Assembly (NCBI GenBank): GCA_040400605.1 | Contig: JBBAPZ010000008.1 | Coordinates: 1-47,889, forward strand | Direction of reading: 5' to 3' | DNA length: 47,889 nt | DNA from: Candidatus Sericytochromatia bacterium | GTDB taxonomy: Bacteria; Cyanobacteriota; Sericytochromatia; S15B-MN24; JAQBPE01 | The notes under the pieces: generated by a model | The model's database searches: none | Told to the model about the DNA's origin: nothing | The model's input: only the letters and a program-made list of their open reading frames with translations | Translations under genes and position numbers: made by a program | In this document: positions 44,329 through 47,889 of the stretch, piece by piece | Position numbering within the stretch: position 1 is the first letter of the stretch | How the letters are laid out: each line of letters opens with the position of its first letter

Positions 44329-45339
44329 TCACCTGATTTCCACACCAGTCCAACTGGGGTGTACCCGTTTCAAGTAACGCCGGACGCGGCTTTCAAGCAG
44401 ACGCCAGGCGCCCTCAAAAACGGCATCAGGAACCCCCATGGCACGTTTGGTTAATACATCACGATCCAGGCTGTGCCGCACTTTTGCGAGCTGATACACC
44501 CGATTGAAACCCAACTCAGGTAAAAAAACCATCGCTGAGGATGGAATGGGCCAATCCGAACCGTGGAACATCCGGGAGACAAAGCGATCCGTATTGAAGC
44601 GCCGCAACTGGTTGCGGCGCACCAGGGAACAAAACGCCGACGTATCCCCAAAGACGTGATCATAGCGTTCCAGCAAGCGTTCAAAGGTCCGGCTGTAATC
44701 ATGGCGCGGGTGCAAAAAACTGCCGGTGCCGCAGTGGCTGAAAATGACGGGAACGTTTCGTTGGAGCAAGCCCTCGTATAGCGCTGGATCACCCAACGCC
44801 TGTTGCATGCCAGGAAAGGTGTGTTCACACCCCGAATGAATGATGGCTGGTAGCTCCAAGGATTTGAGCGCATCATAAAAGATGCGAGCACGGTGGGACG
44901 TGGGGTCGAATTTTTGCAGGGGCCCCAGCCACTTGATGGCGATCGCATCGGAACCGAAACGTTCCAGTTCCGCCAAGGCATCCGCCCGTTCCGGGTTGAT
45001 CGAAATCACAGGCAGCAAACGGTGTGAGTGACGACATACTTCAAACACCCATTCATTCGGTACATACAGATGGCTTAAACTGCGTACCATGCCCCCGTGC
45101 GCATCGTATACGCCATCCATCGCAAACACGCACGCAAAATCAAGTTCATGCGAATGGGTCAACAACTGTCTTAAGTGGTTCGCGTAATGCTCGGTGGCAC
45201 GCTCACCCGGCATATGCCACAACCCCAGATTGGCCAGCAACGCATGGTAAGTAACGCTCCGACGCATCCGATCCGACACGAAACAGCCAGAGGCCCCACC
45301 TCCCAAGCCTGCGAGGTGAACGTGAATGTCAATGCGCAT
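44329..45339 (-). CDS. Amidohydrolase family protein (Amidohydro_2, TIM barrel)
   Basis: IDIHVH, SINP.R.DAL.EL, IHSGCE, IFSHCG, FGDTSA, HGSDWP. One-base TGATG overlap with the Rieske gene. Confidence 0.88.
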   Translation of the reverse strand: MRIDIHVHLAGLGGGASGCFVSDRMRRSVTYHALLANLGLWHMPGERATEHYANHLRQLLTHSHELDFACVFAMDGVYDAHGGMVRSLSHLYVPNEWVFEVCRHSHRLLPVISINPERADALAELERFGSDAIAIKWLGPLQKFDPTSHRARIFYDALKSLELPAIIHSGCEHTFPGMQQALGDPALYEGLLQRNVPVIFSHCGTGSFLHPRHDYSRTFERLLERYDHVFGDTSAFCSLVRRNQLRRFNTDRFVSRMFHGSDWPIPSSAMVFLPELGFNRVYQLAKVRHSLDRDVLTKRAMGVPDAVFEGAWRLLESRVRRYLKRVHPSWTGVEIR

Positions 45340-46334
45340 CAGAGTCTGAACTCCACCGTCGTTTCGCGGTCATCGCCACCTTGGCCGTGGGCTTGAATCC
45401 ACAGATTGGCCGTATCTGCGCCCGTTGAAACAAACTGTCTCCCATAGCGTCGGATCCGCTCGGCTTGACGCTCAAGGACCTGACGGTCCTGCTCCAGAAT
45501 CAAGCGCCCGGCAAACGGCACAATCGGCCTGAACAAAGTCGTCAACCACCCCCACTGCCACGTGACGTAAACAAACACATCGGTCTTGAACGCATCAATC
45601 GGCGTACACAACTGGTACCCCTCAATGACGCGTCCAGGGCCAAAAGTGTAGGACACTCGCACCGTGGACGGTGCAATGAAGCGATCCTGATGCACAACCG
45701 AACTGGTGTGCGACACGAACAAACGGGACAACAAGCTGCTGCGCGTCTGCTCCTCTTTGATGTCTATCACCACCCCATCGGAAACCTGCCGCACATGATG
45801 CGTCGCACGATGACTGGCCGGCGCGCGAAAGAGACCGCCGTGCACATAACCGGTATGAGGACAATCAATGAAATTCTCGATGACTTCTTGCATCCCCGCG
45901 TGAATGCGCGCCTGAATTCGCGCATGCATCCACCCCGTTTCATCGTGATGCGGCAAGGTCAGTGGCATCTCACTCGGCCCGGGGGGGGTATCACCCGGCC
46001 ACACCCAAATGTACCCTTGTTGTTCTTGAACCAGAAATGTGCGAACGCAAGCCCTTTCGGGTATACGCCCTGCCGGGCCGAGTGCCGGGATGTATTGGCA
46101 TTGCCCGGCGCCGTCAAATTCCCAACCGTGATACGGGCATTGCAGTCGGCCACCTGTCACGCGGCCATCCGAGAGCGGTACCGCGCGGTGAGGGCAGCGA
46201 TCCAAGAGTGCGCGGGCCTGTCCGGTTTCGTCACGAAAAAGCACCAACGGTTCGTCAAGTAAGGTCAACCCCAGCGGTTTTTGGCCCAACCGAGACGATT
46301 CAGCCACGACATACCAGTGTTCACGCCCGGCCAT
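45339..46334 (-). CDS. Rieske non-heme iron oxygenase alpha subunit (VanA/PaO-like)
   Basis: Rieske CPHRAVPL...CPYHGW, mononuclear Fe site ENFIDCPHTGYVH and a distal EQD. Confidence 0.93.
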   Translation of the reverse strand: MAGREHWYVVAESSRLGQKPLGLTLLDEPLVLFRDETGQARALLDRCPHRAVPLSDGRVTGGRLQCPYHGWEFDGAGQCQYIPALGPAGRIPERACVRTFLVQEQQGYIWVWPGDTPPGPSEMPLTLPHHDETGWMHARIQARIHAGMQEVIENFIDCPHTGYVHGGLFRAPASHRATHHVRQVSDGVVIDIKEEQTRSSLLSRLFVSHTSSVVHQDRFIAPSTVRVSYTFGPGRVIEGYQLCTPIDAFKTDVFVYVTWQWGWLTTLFRPIVPFAGRLILEQDRQVLERQAERIRRYGRQFVSTGADTANLWIQAHGQGGDDRETTVEFRL

Positions 46335-47874
46335 TGGTTTGCCCTTTCAGGATCCGCGTCAGACGATCGCCCATTCGGGTGGCCAACGTGGCAATCGTGA
46401 TTTGCGGATTCACCCCGATGGAACTTGGAAACAGGCTGCCATCGCATACGTAGAGATTCTGCCAGCCATGGAGTCGTCCATCTGAATCCGTAGCGGAACC
46501 GTCCACGTCAGCCCCCATCGCCGCCGTCCCCATCTGATGGGCCGAAAACAGTGCGAGGTCATTGGGTCTGAGCGACAATGTGTCAATGCGATCCAATTCC
46601 TGGACCGAACGCAGCATCACAGGCTCTAGATGAGGAATCAACACCTCACTGGCACCGGCCGCAAAATACAAGCGCGCAAGGGACTTCATCCCCTGACGCA
46701 GTTTCGCCTGATCCCCGGCGCTAACCACATAATCGATAACAGGACGCCCGTCTGAACCAGGCATCACACTCCCCCGACCGTCATCATGCAACAATACGAT
46801 CGCAATGGCCGCATCGTTATAACGGGTCAAAATGCGCTGGGCCTCCGCCCCACTGCGAAACAACGCCGAACCCAACAGACCCGGATAAGCGAACATCCCC
46901 TCCAGGACAATGCCTTGATCATGAAACTCACCACAATATGCACTGTAATGAATGCCTTCATGGCCGCGAACCGCTTCATCAAACAAAGCCAACAATGCTG
47001 TCGTCGGGTGAATGCAAAGATTTTGACCCAACTGGTTACCGGTATCCCAAATCCCGGCACCCCGCAACAGGGCCGGCGTGCCGATCGCACCGGCAGCCAC
47101 CACAAAAGCTTGAGCCTGCACCCGCAACCGAAACTGACGACCGTTTTTCGAATTCGTTAACACGCCTGCAGCACCAACCACGCGATTACCTTCATTCACA
47201 AACCCCGTCACCTCCGCACGAGGCAACAAACGTGCCCCAAAATGCAACGCCCTCGGCACGTAAGTGATGCCCATGCCCTGTTTGCGATCATAGGCGCACC
47301 CCAGCATACAGAAGCCACTCTGCAAACACCCTGTGCGATTGTGCTCAAAGGTATCGGCGTGCCAACCCAACGCCCGGGCGCCAGACAACAACAAACGGTT
47401 GTTGCGATTGACTTCCTCCGCGCGAATTCGCTGCACATTCAGAATGTGCCTCACCTTTCCAAGATAAGGTTTCAACACATCGAAGCCAATGCCATCCACC
47501 CCGTGGCGATCGCCCCAAACCTTCAACACGTCAGCTGGCGGGTCAAAACAAATCCCCCAGTTAACCGTCGTACCACCCCCCACACTTTCACCGTGCAGCA
47601 GCACGATCCCCCCATCACGGGTCGTTCGCGCCCCCCCATCCGCATACAATAGCGGCATCATATCCGCTTCGCGTTGATTAAAATCCCGTCGGGTGTAATG
47701 CCCACCTTTTTCCAGCATCACAACCCGCAAACCAGCTTCAGCCAATTCACTGGCCAACACCGCACCGCCCGCACCCGTGCCTATCACACACACATCCGTT
47801 ACGACCGCCAAATCAGCAGCATAGTCGGTGCTAAGCGCGCTCAACCCTTCAGGCCCACTCACCCCTTTAGTCAT
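46321..47874 (-). CDS. GMC family oxidoreductase (long-chain alcohol oxidase-like)
   Basis: VIGTGAGG Rossmann motif, LEKG, VGGGTTVNW, GC..SG.C..GC...RKQ, AAGAIGTP, HP, SAHQMGT, DGSLFPSSIGVNPQITI. Confidence 0.93.
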   Translation of the reverse strand: MTKGVSGPEGLSALSTDYAADLAVVTDVCVIGTGAGGAVLASELAEAGLRVVMLEKGGHYTRRDFNQREADMMPLLYADGGARTTRDGGIVLLHGESVGGGTTVNWGICFDPPADVLKVWGDRHGVDGIGFDVLKPYLGKVRHILNVQRIRAEEVNRNNRLLLSGARALGWHADTFEHNRTGCLQSGFCMLGCAYDRKQGMGITYVPRALHFGARLLPRAEVTGFVNEGNRVVGAAGVLTNSKNGRQFRLRVQAQAFVVAAGAIGTPALLRGAGIWDTGNQLGQNLCIHPTTALLALFDEAVRGHEGIHYSAYCGEFHDQGIVLEGMFAYPGLLGSALFRSGAEAQRILTRYNDAAIAIVLLHDDGRGSVMPGSDGRPVIDYVVSAGDQAKLRQGMKSLARLYFAAGASEVLIPHLEPVMLRSVQELDRIDTLSLRPNDLALFSAHQMGTAAMGADVDGSATDSDGRLHGWQNLYVCDGSLFPSSIGVNPQITIATLATRMGDRLTRILKGQTNGRA

Positions 47875-47889
47875 TGGCGCCCATCCCCA

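Noticed and set aside
38600..47889. Shift to a C/A-rich plus strand as a replication origin or terminus signal
   Set aside because: It is confounded by gene orientation and cannot be quantified by eye. I recognised no DnaA-box cluster or dif site.
1..47889. tRNA, rRNA, transposase, integrase or recognised anti-phage operons
   Set aside because: I saw no cloverleaf with a T-loop motif, no rRNA-like tract and no such protein motifs. The JAB gene has no CBASS or E1/E2 neighbours.

Overview
A 47.9-kb, gene-dense bacterial chromosomal window (roughly 55% GC by eye). It contains no rRNA, tRNA, CRISPR array, transposase or integrase that I can recognise. Housekeeping content: glmU-prs-pth, an oligopeptide ABC operon in D-F-A-B-C order, dusB, hemH, speA, selO, an AMIN/Amidase_3 amidase with a GerMN partner, a GH38 mannosidase and a POT transporter. 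Several signs point to a non-photosynthetic relative of Cyanobacteria such as Ca. Sericytochromatia (an inference): a cyanobacterial-type 6S RNA candidate, frequent GCGATCGC octamers, a ferrochelatase without a CAB tail, and LI(S/A)NN(G/A)xG octapeptide repeats in a large NHL lipoprotein. The most notable observations are: (1) an orphan JAB/MPN+-like protein with an inserted active-site loop directly upstream of a compact 6S RNA; (2) an indel-damaged c-di-GMP-I-like riboswitch in front of a doubly frameshifted lipoprotein gene; (3) a Tat-signal HDAC-family deacetylase coupled to an LmeA/DUF2993-like gene; (4) a 2OG-Fe(II) oxygenase-like protein that appears to have lost its iron ligands; (5) a ferrochelatase with a five-Cys C-terminal tail; (6) a LysR/lipoprotein pair flanked by 14-bp direct repeats; (7) leaderless sigma70 promoters; and (8) a coupled GMC-Rieske-amidohydrolase operon at the right edge. 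All family calls come from reading motifs by eye; no searches were run.
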